Source: Eledone cirrhosa
Lineage: Eukaryota
Reading direction: 5' to 3'
Assembly (NCBI GenBank): GCA_964016885.1
Contig: OZ024756.1
Coordinates: 2,542,001 to 2,606,000 of the forward strand
Length of the DNA: 64,000 nt
The notes below the pieces were generated by a model. That model saw only the letters and a list, made by a program, of their open reading frames with translations, searched no databases and had not been told where the DNA came from. The position numbers and the translations under genes were made by a program. Below, in pieces: positions 14,701 through 28,200 of the stretch (its first letter is position 1; each line of letters starts with the position of its first letter).

Positions 14701-17700
14701 TCAGTACCATTACTACTGCAGTGTATGTCAAGTCAGTGCCACTACTACTGAAGTGTATTCAAATCAGTGTCACTGCTACTGCAGTGTATGTCAAGTCAGT
14801 GTCATTACTACTGCAGTGTATGTCAAGTCAGTGTCACTACTACTGCAGTGCATGTCAAGTCGGTGTCACTACTACTGCAGTCCATGTCAAGTCGCTGTCA
14901 CTACTACTGTAGTGTATGTCAAGTCACTGTCACTACTACTGCAGTGTATGTCAAGTCAGTTCCACTACTACTGAAGTGTATGTCAAGTCAGTGTCACTAC
15001 TACTGCAGTCCATGTCAAGTCGGTGTCACTACTACTGCAGTGTATGTCTAGTCAGTGTCACTACTACTGCAGTGTATGTCAAGTCAGTGTCACTACTACT
15101 GAAGTGTATGTCAAGTCAGTGTCACTACTACTGCAGTTTATGTCAAGTCAGTGTCACTACTACTGCAGTGTATGTCAAGACAGTGTGACTACTACTGCAG
15201 TGTATGTCAAGTCAGTGTGACTACTACTGAAGTGTATGTCAAGTCAGTGTCACTACTACTGCAGTGTATGTCAAGTTAGTGCCACTACTACTGCAGTGTA
15301 TGTCAAGTCAGTGTCACTACTACTGCACTGTATGTCAAGTCAGTGTCACTACTACTGCAGTGTATGTCAAGTCAGTGTGACTACTACTGAAGTGTATGTC
15401 AAGCCAGTGTCACTACTACTGCAGTGTATGTCAAGTCAGTGCCACTACTACTGCAGTGTATGTCAAGTCAGTACCACTACTACTGCAGTGTATGTCAAGT
15501 CAGTGTCACTACTACTGAAGTGTATGTGAAGTCAGTGTCACTACTACTGCAGTTTATGTCAAGTCAGTGTCACTACTACTGCAGTGTATGTCAAGACAGT
15601 GTCACTACTACTGCAGTGTATGTCAAGTCAGTGTGACTACTACTGAAGTGTATGTCAATTCAGTGTCACTACTACTGCAGTGTATGTCAGGTCAGTGCCA
15701 CTACTACTGCAGTGTATGTCAAGTCAGTGTCACTACTACTGCAGTTTATGTCAAGTCAGTGTAACTACTACTGCAGTGTATGTCAAGACAGTGTCACTAC
15801 TACTGCAGTGTATGTCAAGTCAGTGTGACTACTACTGAAGTGTATGTCAATTCAGTGTCACTACTACTGCAGTGTATGTCAAGTCAGTGTCACTACTACT
15901 GCAGTGTATGTCAAGTCAGTGCCACTACTACTGCAGTGTATGTCAAGTCAGTGTCACTACTACTGAAGTGTATGTCAAGTCAGCGTCACTACTACTGAAG
16001 TGTATGTCAAGTCAGTAACACTACTACTGCAGTGTATGTCAAGTCAGTAACACTACTACTGCAGTGTATGTCAAGTCAGTGTCACTACTACTGCAGTGCA
16101 TGTCAAGTCGGTGTCACTACTACTGCAGTCCATGTCAAGTCGGTAACAGTACTACTGCAGTGTATGTCAAGTCGGTGTCACTACTACTGCAGTCCATGTC
16201 AAGTCGGTGTCACTACTACTGCAGTGTATGTCAAGTCACTGTCACTACTACTGCAGTGCATGTCAAATCACTGTCACTACTACTGAAGTGTATGTCAAGT
16301 CGGTGTCACTACTACTGCAGTCCATGTCAAGTCGGTGTCACTACTACTGCAGTGTATGTCAAGTCGGTGTCACTACTACTGCAATGTATGTCAAGTCAGT
16401 GTCACTACTACTGCAGTGTATGTCAAGTCAGTGTCACTACTACTGCAGTGTATGTCAAGTCAGTGTCACTACAACTGCAGAGCATGTCAAGTCAGTGTCA
16501 CTACTACTGCAGTGTATGTCAAGTCAGTGTCACTACTACTGCAGTGTATGTCAAGTCAGTACCACTACTACTGCAGTGTATGTCAAGTCAGTGTCACTAC
16601 TACTGCAGTGTATGTCAAGTCAGTGCCACTACTACTGCAGTGTATGTCAAGTCAGTGTCACTACTACTGAAGTGTATGTCAAGTCAGTGTCACTACTATT
16701 GCAGTGTATGTCAAGTCAGTGTCACTACTACTGCAGTGTATGTCAAGTCAGTGTCAGTACTACTGCAGTGTATGTCAAGTCAGTGTCACTACTACTGCAG
16801 TGTATGTCAAGTCAGTGTCACTACTACTGCAGTGTATGTCAAGTCAGTGTCACTACTACTGCAGTGTATGTCAAGTCAGTGTCACTACTACTGAAGTGTA
16901 TTTTTAAGTCGGTGTCACTACTACTGAATTGTATGTCAAGTCGGTGTCACTACTACTGCAGTCCATGTCAAGTCTGTGTCACTACTATTGCAGTGTATGT
17001 CTAGTCAGTACTACTACTACTGAATTGTATGTCAAGTCGGTGTCACTACTACTGCAGTGTATGTCAAGTCAGTGCCACTACTACTGCAGTGTATGTCAAG
17101 TCAGTACCACTACTACTGCAGACCATGTCAAGTCGGTGTCACTACTACTGCAGTGTATGTCAAGACAGTGTGACTACTACTGCAGTGTATGTCAAGTCAG
17201 TGTGACTACTACTGAAGTGTATGTCAAGTCAGTGTCACTACTACTGCAGTGTATGTCAAGTTAGTGCCACTACTACTGCAGTGTATGTCAAGTCAGTGTC
17301 ACTACTACTGCACTGTATGTCAAGTCAGTGTCACTACTACTGCAGTGTATGTCAAGTCAGTGTGACTACTACTGAAGTGTATGTCAAGCCAGTGTCACTA
17401 CTACTGCAGTGTATGTCAAGTCAGTGCCACTACTACTGCAGTGTATGTCAAGTCAGTACCACTACTACTGCAGTGTATGTCAAGTCAGTGTCACTACTAC
17501 TGAAGTGTATGTGAAGTCAGTGTCACTACTACTGCAGTTTATGTCAAGTCAGTGTCACTACTACTGCAGTGTATGTCAAGACAGTGTCACTACTACTGCA
17601 GTGTATGTCAAGTCAGTGTGACTACTACTGAAGTGTATGTCAATTCAGTGTCACTACTACTGCAGTGTATGTCAGGTCAGTGCCACTACTACTGCAGTGT

Positions 17701-20700
17701 ATGTCAAGTCAGTGTCACTACTACTGCAGTTTATGTCAAGTCAGTGTAACTACTACTGCAGTGTATGTCAAGACAGTGTCACTACTACTGCAGTGTATGT
17801 CAAGTCAGTGTGACTACTACTGAAGTGTATGTCAATTCAGTGTCACTACTACTGCAGTGTATGTCAAGTCAGTGTCACTACTACTGCAGTGTATGTCAAG
17901 TCAGTGCCACTACTACTGCAGTGTATGTCAAGTCAGTGTCACTACTACTGAAGTGTATGTCAAGTCAGCGTCACTACTACTGAAGTGTATGTCAAGTCAG
18001 TAACACTACTACTGCAGTGTATGTCAAGTCAGTAACACTACTACTGCAGTGTATGTCAAGTCAGTGTCACTACTACTGCAGTGCATGTCAAGTCGGTGTC
18101 ACTACTACTGCAGTCCATGTCAAGTCGGTAACAGTACTACTGCAGTGTATGTCAAGTCGGTGTCACTACTACTGCAGTCCATGTCAAGTCGGTGTCACTA
18201 CTACTGCAGTGTATGTCAAGTCACTGTCACTACTACTGCAGTGCATGTCAAATCACTGTCACTACTACTGAAGTGTATGTCAAGTCGGTGTCACTACTAC
18301 TGCAGTCCATGTCAAGTCGGTGTCACTACTACTGCAGTGTATGTCAAGTCGGTGTCACTACTACTGCAATGTATGTCAAGTCAGTGTCACTACTACTGCA
18401 GTGTATGTCAAGTCAGTGTCACTACTACTGCAGTGTATGTCAAGTCAGTGTCACTACAACTGCAGAGCATGTCAAGTCAGTGTCACTACTACTGCAGTGT
18501 ATGTCAAGTCAGTGTCACTACTACTGCAGTGTATGTCAAGTCAGTACCACTACTACTGCAGTGTATGTCAAGTCAGTGTCACTACTACTGCAGTGTATGT
18601 CAAGTCAGTGCCACTACTACTGCAGTGTATGTCAAGTCAGTGTCACTACTACTGAAGTGTATGTCAAGTCAGTGTCACTACTATTGCAGTGTATGTCAAG
18701 TCAGTGTCACTACTACTGCAGTGTATGTCAAGTCAGTGTCAGTACTACTGCAGTGTATGTCAAGTCAGTGTCACTACTACTGCAGTGTATGTCAAGTCAG
18801 TGTCACTACTACTGCAGTGTATGTCAAGTCAGTGTCACTACTACTGCAGTGTATGTCAAGTCAGTGTCACTACTACTGAAGTGTATTTTTAAGTCGGTGT
18901 CACTACTACTGAATTGTATGTCAAGTCGGTGTCACTACTACTGCAGTCCATGTCAAGTCTGTGTCACTACTATTGCAGTGTATGTCTAGTCAGTACTACT
19001 ACTACTGAATTGTATGTCAAGTCGGTGTCACTACTACTGCAGTGTATGTCAAGTCAGTGCCACTACTACTGCAGTGTATGTCAAGTCAGTACCACTACTA
19101 CTGCAGACCATGTCAAGTCGGTGTCACTACTACTGCAGTGTATGTCAAGTCAGTGCCACTACTACTGCAGTGTATGTCAAATCAGTGTCACTACTACTGA
19201 AGTGTATGTCAAGTCAGCGTCTCTACTACTGAAGTGTATGTCAAGTCAGTAACACTACTACTGCAGTGTATGTCAAGTCAGTGTCACTACTACTGCAGTC
19301 CATGTCAAGTCGGTAACACTACTACTGCAGTGTATGTCAAGTCGGTGTCACTACTACTGCAGTCCATGTCAAGTCGGTGACACTACTACTGCAGTGTATG
19401 TCAAGTCGGTGTCACTACTACTGCAGTCCATGTCAAGTCGGTGTCACTACTACTGCAGTGTATGTCAAGTCACTGTCACTACTACTGCAATGTATGTCAA
19501 GTCAGTGTCACTACTACTGCAATGTATGTCAAGTCAGTGTCACTACTACTGCAGTGTATGTCAAGTCAGTGTCACTACTACTGCAGTGTATGTCAAGTCA
19601 GAGTCACTACTACTGAAGTGTATGTCAAGTCAGTGTCACTACTACTGCAATGTATGTCAAGTCAGTGTCACTACTACTGCAGTGTATGTCAAGTCAGTGT
19701 CACTACTACTGCAGTCCATGTCAAGTCGGTGTCACTACTACTGCAGTGTATGTCAAGTCAGTGTCACTACTACTGCAGTGTATGTCAAGTCAGTGTCACT
19801 ACTACTGCAGTGTATGGCAAGTCAGTGTCACTACTACTGAAGTGTATGTCAAGTCAGGTTCACTATTACTGCAGTGTATGTCAAGTCAGTGTCACTACTA
19901 CTGCAGTGTATGTCAAGTCAGTGTCACTACTACTGCAGTGTATGTCAAGTCAGTGTCACTACTACTGCAGTGTATGTCAAGTCAGTACCACTACTACTGC
20001 AGTGTATGTAAAGTCAGTGTCACTACTACTGCAGTGTATGTCAAGTCAGTGTCACTACTACGGCAGTGTATGTCAAGTCAGTGTCACTACTACTGCAGTG
20101 TATGTAAAGTCAGTGCCACTACTACTGCAGTGTATGTCAAGTCAGTGTCACTACTACTACAGTGTATGTCAAGTCAGTGTCACTACTACTGCAGTGTATG
20201 TCCAGTCAGTACCACTACTACTGCAGTGTATGTCATGTCAGTGTCACTACTACTGAAGTGTATGTCAAGTCAGTGCCACTACTACTGCAGTGTATGTCAA
20301 GTCAGTGCCACTACTACTGCAGTGTATGTCAAGTCAGTGTCACTACTACTGCAGTGTATGTCAAGTCAGTGTCACTACTACTGCAGTGTATATCAAGTCA
20401 GTGTCCCTACTACTGCAGTGTATGTCAAGTCAGTGTCACTACTACTGCAGTGTATGTCAAGTCAGTGCCACTACTACTGCAGTCCATGTCAAGTCGGTGT
20501 CACTACTACTGCAGTGTATGTCAAGTCAGTGTCACTACTACTGCAGTGTATGTCAAGTCAGTGTCACTACTACTGCAGTGTATATCAAGTCAGTGTCCCT
20601 ACTACTGCAGTGTATGTCAAGTCAGTGTCACTACTACTGCAGTGTATGTCAAGTCGGTGCCACTACTACTGCAGTCCATGTCAAGTCGGTGTCAATACTA

Positions 20701-22286
20701 CTGCAGTGTATGTCAAGTCAGTGTCACTACTACTGCAGTGTATGTCAAGTCAGTGTCACTACTACTGCAGTGTATATCAAGTCAGTGTCCCTACTACTGC
20801 AGTGTATGTCAAGTCAGTGTCACTACTACTGCAGTTTATGAACAAGTCAGTGTCACTACTACTGCAGTGTATGTCAAGACAGTGTCACTACTACTGCAGT
20901 GTATGTCAAGTCAGTGTCACTACTACTGAAGTGCATGTCTAGTCAGTGTCACTACTACTGCAGTGTATGTCAAGTCAGTGTCACTACAACTGCAGAGCAT
21001 GTCAAGTCAGTGTCACTGCTACTGCAGTGTATGTCAAGTCAGTGCCACTACTACTGCAGTGTATGTCAAGTCAGTACCATTACTACTGCAGTGTATGTCA
21101 AGTCAGTGCCACTACTACTGAAGTGTATTCAAATCAGTGTCACTGCTACTGCAGTGTATGTCAAGTCAGTGTCATTACTACTGCAGTGTATGTCAAGTCA
21201 GTGTCACTACTACTGCAGTGCATGTCAAGTCGGTGTCACTACTACTGCAGTCCATGTCAAGTCGGTGTCACTACTACTGTAGTGTATGTCAAGTCACTGT
21301 CACTACTACTGCAGTGTATGTCAAGTCAGTTCCACTACTACTGAAGTGTATGTCAAGTCAGTGTCACTACTACTGCAGTCCATGTCAAGTCGGTGTCACT
21401 ACTACTGCAGTGTATGTCTAGTCAGTGTCACTACTACTGCAGTGTATGTCAAGTCAGTGTCACTACTACTGAAGTGTATGTCAAGTCAGTGTCACTACTA
21501 CTGCAGTTTATGTCAAGTCAGTGTCACTACTACTGCAGTGTATGTCAAGACAGTGTGACTACTACTGCAGTGTATGTCAAGTCAGTGTGACTACTACTGA
21601 AGTGTATGTCAAGTCAGTGTCACTACTACTGCAGTGTATGTCAAGTTAGTGCCACTACTACTGCAGTGTATGTCAAGTCAGTGTCACTACTACTGCACTG
21701 TATGTCAAGTCAGTGTCACTACTACTGCAGTGTATGTCAAGTCAGTGTGACTACTACTGAAGTGTATGTCAAGCCAGTGTCACTACTACTGCAGTGTATG
21801 TCAAGTCAGTGCCACTACTACTGCAGTGTATGTCAAGTCAGTACCACTACTACTGCAGTGTATGTCAAGTCAGTGTCACTACTACTGAAGTGTATGTGAA
21901 GTCAGTGTCACTACTACTGCAGTTTATGTCAAGTCAGTGTCACTACTACTGCAGTGTATGTCAAGACAGTGTCACTACTACTGCAGTGTATGTCAAGTCA
22001 GTGTGACTACTACTGAAGTGTATGTCAATTCAGTGTCACTACTACTGCAGTGTATGTCAGGTCAGTGCCACTACTACTGCAGTGTATGTCAAGTCAGTGT
22101 CACTACTACTGCAGTTTATGTCAAGTCAGTGTAACTACTACTGCAGTGTATGTCAAGACAGTGTCACTACTACTGCAGTGTATGTCAAGTCAGTGTGACT
22201 ACTACTGAAGTGTATGTCAATTCAGTGTCACTACTACTGCAGTGTATGTCAAGTCAGTGTCACTACTACTGCAGTGTATGTCAAGT
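11502..22286. repeat. Three tandem copies of a 4385-bp (137-monomer) HOR: full (11502-15886), internally deleted 1985-bp copy (15887-17871), full (17872-~22286)
   Basis: Offsets are 11647/16032 (4385), 15236/17221 (1985), and 11647/18017 and 13280/19650 (6370 = 4385+1985). Shared rare variants include GGTAACAGTAC, GCAGACCATG, CAAGTTAG and AAGCCAG. Confidence 0.93.
13990..14470. repeat. Local 192-bp (6-monomer) HOR, about 2.5 copies; duplicated again at +6370
   Basis: The marker TATCAAGTCAGTGTCCCT is at 14021, 14213 and 14405, and again at 20391, 20583 and 20775. Confidence 0.88.
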
Positions 22287-25200
22287 AAGTTCTACTACTA
22301 CTGCAGTACATGTCAAGTCAGTGTCACTACTACTGAAGTGTATGTCAAGTCAGTGTCACTACTACTGCAGTGTATGTCAAGTCAGTGTCACTACTACTGC
22401 AGTGTATGTCAAGTAAGTTCCACTACTACTGCAGTACATGTCAAGTCAGTGTCACTACTACTGAAGTGTATGTCAAGTCAGTGTCACTACTACTGCAGTG
22501 TATGTCAAGTCAGTGTCACTACTACTGCAGTGTATGTCAAGTCAGTGTGACTACAACTGCGGAGCATGTCAAGTCAGTGTCACTACTACTGCAGTGTATG
22601 TCAAGTCAGTGTGACTACTACTGAAGTGTATGTCAAGTCAGTGTCACTACTACTGCAGTGTATGTCAAGTCAGTGCCACTACCACTGCACTGTATGTCAA
22701 GTCAGTGTCACTACTACTGCACTGTATGTCAAGTCAGTGTCACTACTACTGAAGTGCATGTCTAGTCAGTGTCACTACTACTGCAGTGTATGTCAAGTCA
22801 GTGTCACTACTACTGCAGTACATGTCAAGACAGTGTCACTACTACTGAAGTGCATGTCAAGTCAGTGCCACTACTAATGCAGTGCATGTCAAGTCAGTGC
22901 CACTACTACTGCAGTGCATGTCAAGTCAGTGCCTCTACTACTGCAGTGCATGTCAAGTCAGTGCCACTACTACTGCAGTGCATGTCAAGTCAGTGTCACT
23001 ACTACTGCAGTGTATGTCAAGTCCTTGTCACTACTACTGCAGTGCATGTCAAGTCAGTGTCACTACTACTGCAGTGCATGTCAAGTCAGTTCCACTACTA
23101 CTGCAGTGTATGTCAAGTCAGTGCCACTACTACTGCAGTGTATGTCAAGTCAGTGTCACTACTACTGAAGTGCATGTCTAGTCAGTGTCACTACTACTGC
23201 AGTGTATGTCAAGTCAGTGTCACTACTACTGCAGTGCATGTCAAGTCAGTCTCACTACTACTGCAGTGTATGTCAAGTCAGTGTCACTACTACTGCAGTA
23301 CATGTCAAGTCAGTGTCACTACCACTGAAGTGTATGTCAAGTCAGTGCCACTACTACTGCAGTGCATGTCAAGTCAGTGCCTTTACTACTGCAGTGTATG
23401 TCAAGTCAGTGCCACTACTACTGCAGTGTATGTCAAGTCAGTGTCACTACTACTGCAGTGCATGTCAAGTCAGTGTCACTACTACTGCAGTGTATGTCAA
23501 GTCAGTGTCACTACTACTGCAGTGCATGTCAAGTCAGTGTCACTACTACTGCAGTGTATGTCAAGTCAGTGCCACTACTACTGCAGTGTATGTCAAGTCA
23601 GTCCCACTACTACTGCATTGTATGTCAAGTCAGTGTCACTACTACTGCAGTGTATGTCAAGTCAGTGTCACTACTACTGCAGTGTATGTCAAGTCAGTGC
23701 CACTACTACTGCAGTGTATGTCAAGTCAGTCCCACTACTACTGCATTGTATGTCAAGTCAGTGTCACTACTACTGCAGTGTATGTCAAGTCAGTGTCACT
23801 ACTACTGCAGTGTATGTCAAGTCAGTGCCACTACTACTGCAGTGTATGTCAAGTCAGTGTCACTACTACTGCATTGTATGTCAAGTCAGTGTCACTACTA
23901 CTGCAGTGTATGTCAAGTCAGTGTCACTAATACTGCAGTGTATGTCAAGTCAGTGCCACTACTACTGCAGTGTATGTCAAGTCACTGTCACTACTACTGC
24001 AGTGCATGTCAAGTCAGTGTCACTACTACTGCAGTGCATGTCAAGTCAGTGCCACTACTAATGCAGTGCATGTCAAGTCATTGTCACTACTACTGCAGTG
24101 TATGTCGAGTCAGTGCCACTACTACTGCAGTGTATGTCAAGTCAGTGTCACTAATACTGCATTGTATGTCAAGTCAGTGTCACTACAACTGCAGTGCATG
24201 TCAAGTCATTGTCACTACTACTGCAGTGTATGCCAAGTCAGTGTCACTACTACTGCAGTGTATGTGAAGTCAGTGTCACTACTACTGCAGTGTATGTCAA
24301 GTCAGTGTCACTACTACTGCAGTGTATGTGAAGTCAGTGTCACTACTACTGCATTGTATGTGAAGTCAGTGTCACTACTACTGCAGTACATGTCAAGTCA
24401 TTGTCACTACTACTGCAGTGTATGTCCAGTCAGTGTCACTGCTACTGCAGTGTATGTCAAGTCAGTGCCACTACTACTGCAGTGTATGTCAAGTCAGTGT
24501 CACTACTACTGCAGTGTATGTCAAGTCAGTGTCACTACTACTGCACTGAATGTCAAGTCAGTGTCACCACTACTGCAGTTTATGTCAAGTCAGTGCCACT
24601 ACTACTGCAGTGCATGTCAAGTCAGTGTCACTACTACTGCAGTGTATGTAAAGTCAGTGTCACCACTACTGCAGTTTATGTCAAGTCAGTGCCACTACTA
24701 CTGCAGTGTATGTCAAGTCAGTGTCACTACTACTGCACTGTATGTCAAGTCAGTGTCACTACTACTGAAGTGTATGTCAAGTCGGTGTTACTACTACTGA
24801 AGTGTATGTCAAGTCAGTACCACTACTACTGAAGTGTATGTCAAGTCGGTGTTACTACTACTGAAGTGTATGTCAAGTCAGTATCACTACTACTGCAGTC
24901 CATGTCAAGTCGGTGTCACTACTACTGCAGTGTATGTCAAGTCAGTGCCACTACTACTGCAGTGTATGTCAAGTCAGTGTCACTACTACTGCACTGAATG
25001 TCAAGTCAGTGTCATTACTACTGCAGTGTATGTCAAGTCAGTGTCACTACTACTGCAGTGCATGTCAAGTCGGTGTCACTACTACTGCAGTCCATGTCAA
25101 GTCGGTGTCACTACTACTGCAGTGTATGTCAAGTCAGTTCCACTACTACTGAAGTGTATGTCAAGTCAGTGTCACTACTACTGCAGTCCATGTCAAGTCG

Positions 25201-28200
25201 GTGTCACTACTACTGCAGTGTATGTCAAGTCAGTGTCACTACTACTGCAGTGTATGTCAAGTCAGTGCCACTACTACTGCAGTGTATGTCAAGTCAGTAC
25301 CACTACTACTGCAGTGTATGTCAAGTCAGTGTCACTACTACTGAAGTGTATGTCAAGTCAGTGTCACTACTACTGCAGTTTATGTCAAGTCAGTGTCACT
25401 ACTACTGCAGTGTATGTCAAGACAGTGTCACTACTACTGCAGTGTATGTCAAGTCAGTGTCACTACTACTGCAGTGTATGTCAAGTAAGTTCCACTACTA
25501 CTGAAGTGTATGTCAATTCAGTGTCACTACTACTGCAGTGTATGTCAGGTCAGTGCCACTACTACTTCAGTGTATGTCAAGTCAGTGCCACTACTACTGC
25601 AGTGTATGTCAAGTCAGTGTCACTACTACTGCAGTGTATGTCAAGTAAGTTCCACTACTACTGCAGTACATGTCAAGTCAGTGTCACTACTACTGAAGTG
25701 TATGTCAAGTCAGTGTCACTACTACTGCAGTGTATGTCAAGTCAGTGTCACTACTACTGCAGTGTATGTCAAGTAAGTTCCACTACTACTGCAGTACATG
25801 TCAAGTCAGTGTCACTACTACTGAAGTGTATGTCAAGTCAGTGTCACTACTACTGCAGTACATGTCAAGTCAGTGTCACTACTACTGCAGTGTATGTCAA
25901 GTCAGTGTCACTACTACTGAAGTGTATGTCAAATCAGTGTCACTACTACTGCAGTGTATGTCAAGTCAGTGCCACTACCACTGCAGTGTATGTCAAGTCA
26001 GTGTCACTACTATTGCACTGTATGTCAAGTCAGTGTCACTACTACTGCACTGTATGTCAAGTCAGTGTCACTACTACTGAAGTGCATGTCTAGTCAGTGT
26101 CACTACTACTGCAGTGTATGTCAATTCAGTGTCACTACTACTGCAGTGCATGTCAAGTCAGTCTCACTACTACTGCAGTGTATGTCAAGTCAGTGTCACT
26201 ACTACTGCAGTACATGTCAAGACAGTGTCACTACTACTGAAGTGCATGTCAAGTCAGTGCCACTACTAATGCAGTGCATGTCAAGTCAGTGCCACTACTA
26301 CTGCAGTGCATGTCAAGTCAGTGCCTCTACTACTGCAGTGCCTGTCAAGTCAGTGCCACTACTACTGCAGTGCATGTCAAGTCAGTGTCACTACTACTGC
26401 AGTGTATGTCAAGTCAGTGTCACTACTACTGCAGTGTATGTCAAGTCAGTGTCACTACAACTGCAGAGCATGTCAAGTCAGTACCACTACTACTGCAGTG
26501 TATGTCAAGTCAGTGTCACTACTACTGCAGTGTATGTCAAGTCAGTGCCACTACTACTTCAGTGTATGTCAAGTCAGTGTCACTACTACTGAAGTGTATT
26601 CAAATCAGTGTCACTGCTACTGCAGTGTATGTCAAGTCAGTGTCACTACTACTGCAGTGTATGTCAAGTCAGTGTCACTACTACTGCAGTGTATGTCAAG
26701 TCAGTGTCACTACTACTGCAGTGTATGTCAAGTCAGTACCACTACTACTGAAGTGTATTTTTATGTCGGTGTCACTACTACTGCAGTCCATGTCAAGTCG
26801 GTGTCACTACTACTGCAGTGTATGTCAAGTCGGTGTCACTACTACTGCAGTCCATGTCAAGTCGGTGTCACTACTACTGCAGTGTATGTCAAGTCAGTGC
26901 CACTACTACTTCAGTGTATGTCAAGTCAGTGTCACTACTACAGAAGTGTATTCAAATCAGTGTCACTACTACTGCAGTGTATGTAAAGTCAGTGTCACTA
27001 CAACTGCAGTGAATGTCAAGTCAGTGTCACTACTACTGCAGTTTATGTCAAGTCAGTGTCACTACTACTGCAGTGTATGTCAAGTCTGTGTCACTACTAT
27101 TGCAGTGTATGTCAAGTCAGTACCACTACTACTGCAGTGTATGTCAAGTCTGTGTCACTACTATTGCAGTGTATGTCAAGTCAGTACCACTACTACTGCA
27201 GTGTATGTCAAGTCGGTGTCACTACTACTGCAGTCCATGTCAAGTCGGTGTCACTACTACTGCAGTGTATGTCAAGTCAGTGCCACTACTACTGCAGTGT
27301 ATGTCAAGTCAGTGTCACTACTACTGCAGTGTATGTCAAGTCAGTGTCACTACTACTGAAGTGTATGTCAAGTCAGTATCACTACTACTGCAGTGTATGT
27401 CAAGTCAGTGTCACTACTACTGCAGTGTATGTCAAGTCAGTGCCACTACTACTGCAGTGTATGTCAAGTCAGTGTCACTACTACTGCAGTGTATGTCAAG
27501 TCGGTGTCACTACTACTGCAGTCCATGTCAAGTCGGTGACACTACTACTGCAGTGTATGTCAAGTCGGTGTCACTACTACTGCAGTCCATGTCAAGTCGG
27601 TGTCACTACTACTGCAGTGTATGTCAAGTCACTGTCACTACTACTGCAGTGTATGTCAAGTCAGTACCTCTACTACTGAAGTGTATGTCAAGTCAGTGTC
27701 ACTACTGCTGCAGTCCATGTCAAGTCGGTGTCACTACTACTGCAGTGTATGTCAATTCAGTGTCACTACTACTGCAGTGTGTGTCAAGTCAGTGTCACTA
27801 CTACTGCAGTGTATTGCAAGTCAGTGTGACTACTACTGAAGTGTATGTCAAGTCAGTGTCACTACTACTGCAGTGTATGTCAAGTCAGTTCCACTACTAC
27901 TGCAGTACATGTCAAGTCAGTGTTACTACTACTGAAGTGTATGTCAAGTCAGTGTCACTACTACTGCAGTGCATGTCAAGTCAGTGCCACTACTACTGCA
28001 GTGTATGTCAAGTCAGTGTCACTACTACTGCAGTTATATGTCAAGTCAGTGTCACTACTACTGCAGTGTATGTCAAGTCAGTGTCACTACTACTGCAGTG
28101 TATGTCAAGTCAGTGTCACTACTACTGCAGTGTATGTCAATCAGTGCCACTACTACTGCAGTACATGTCAAGTCAGTGTCACTACTACTGAAGTATATGT

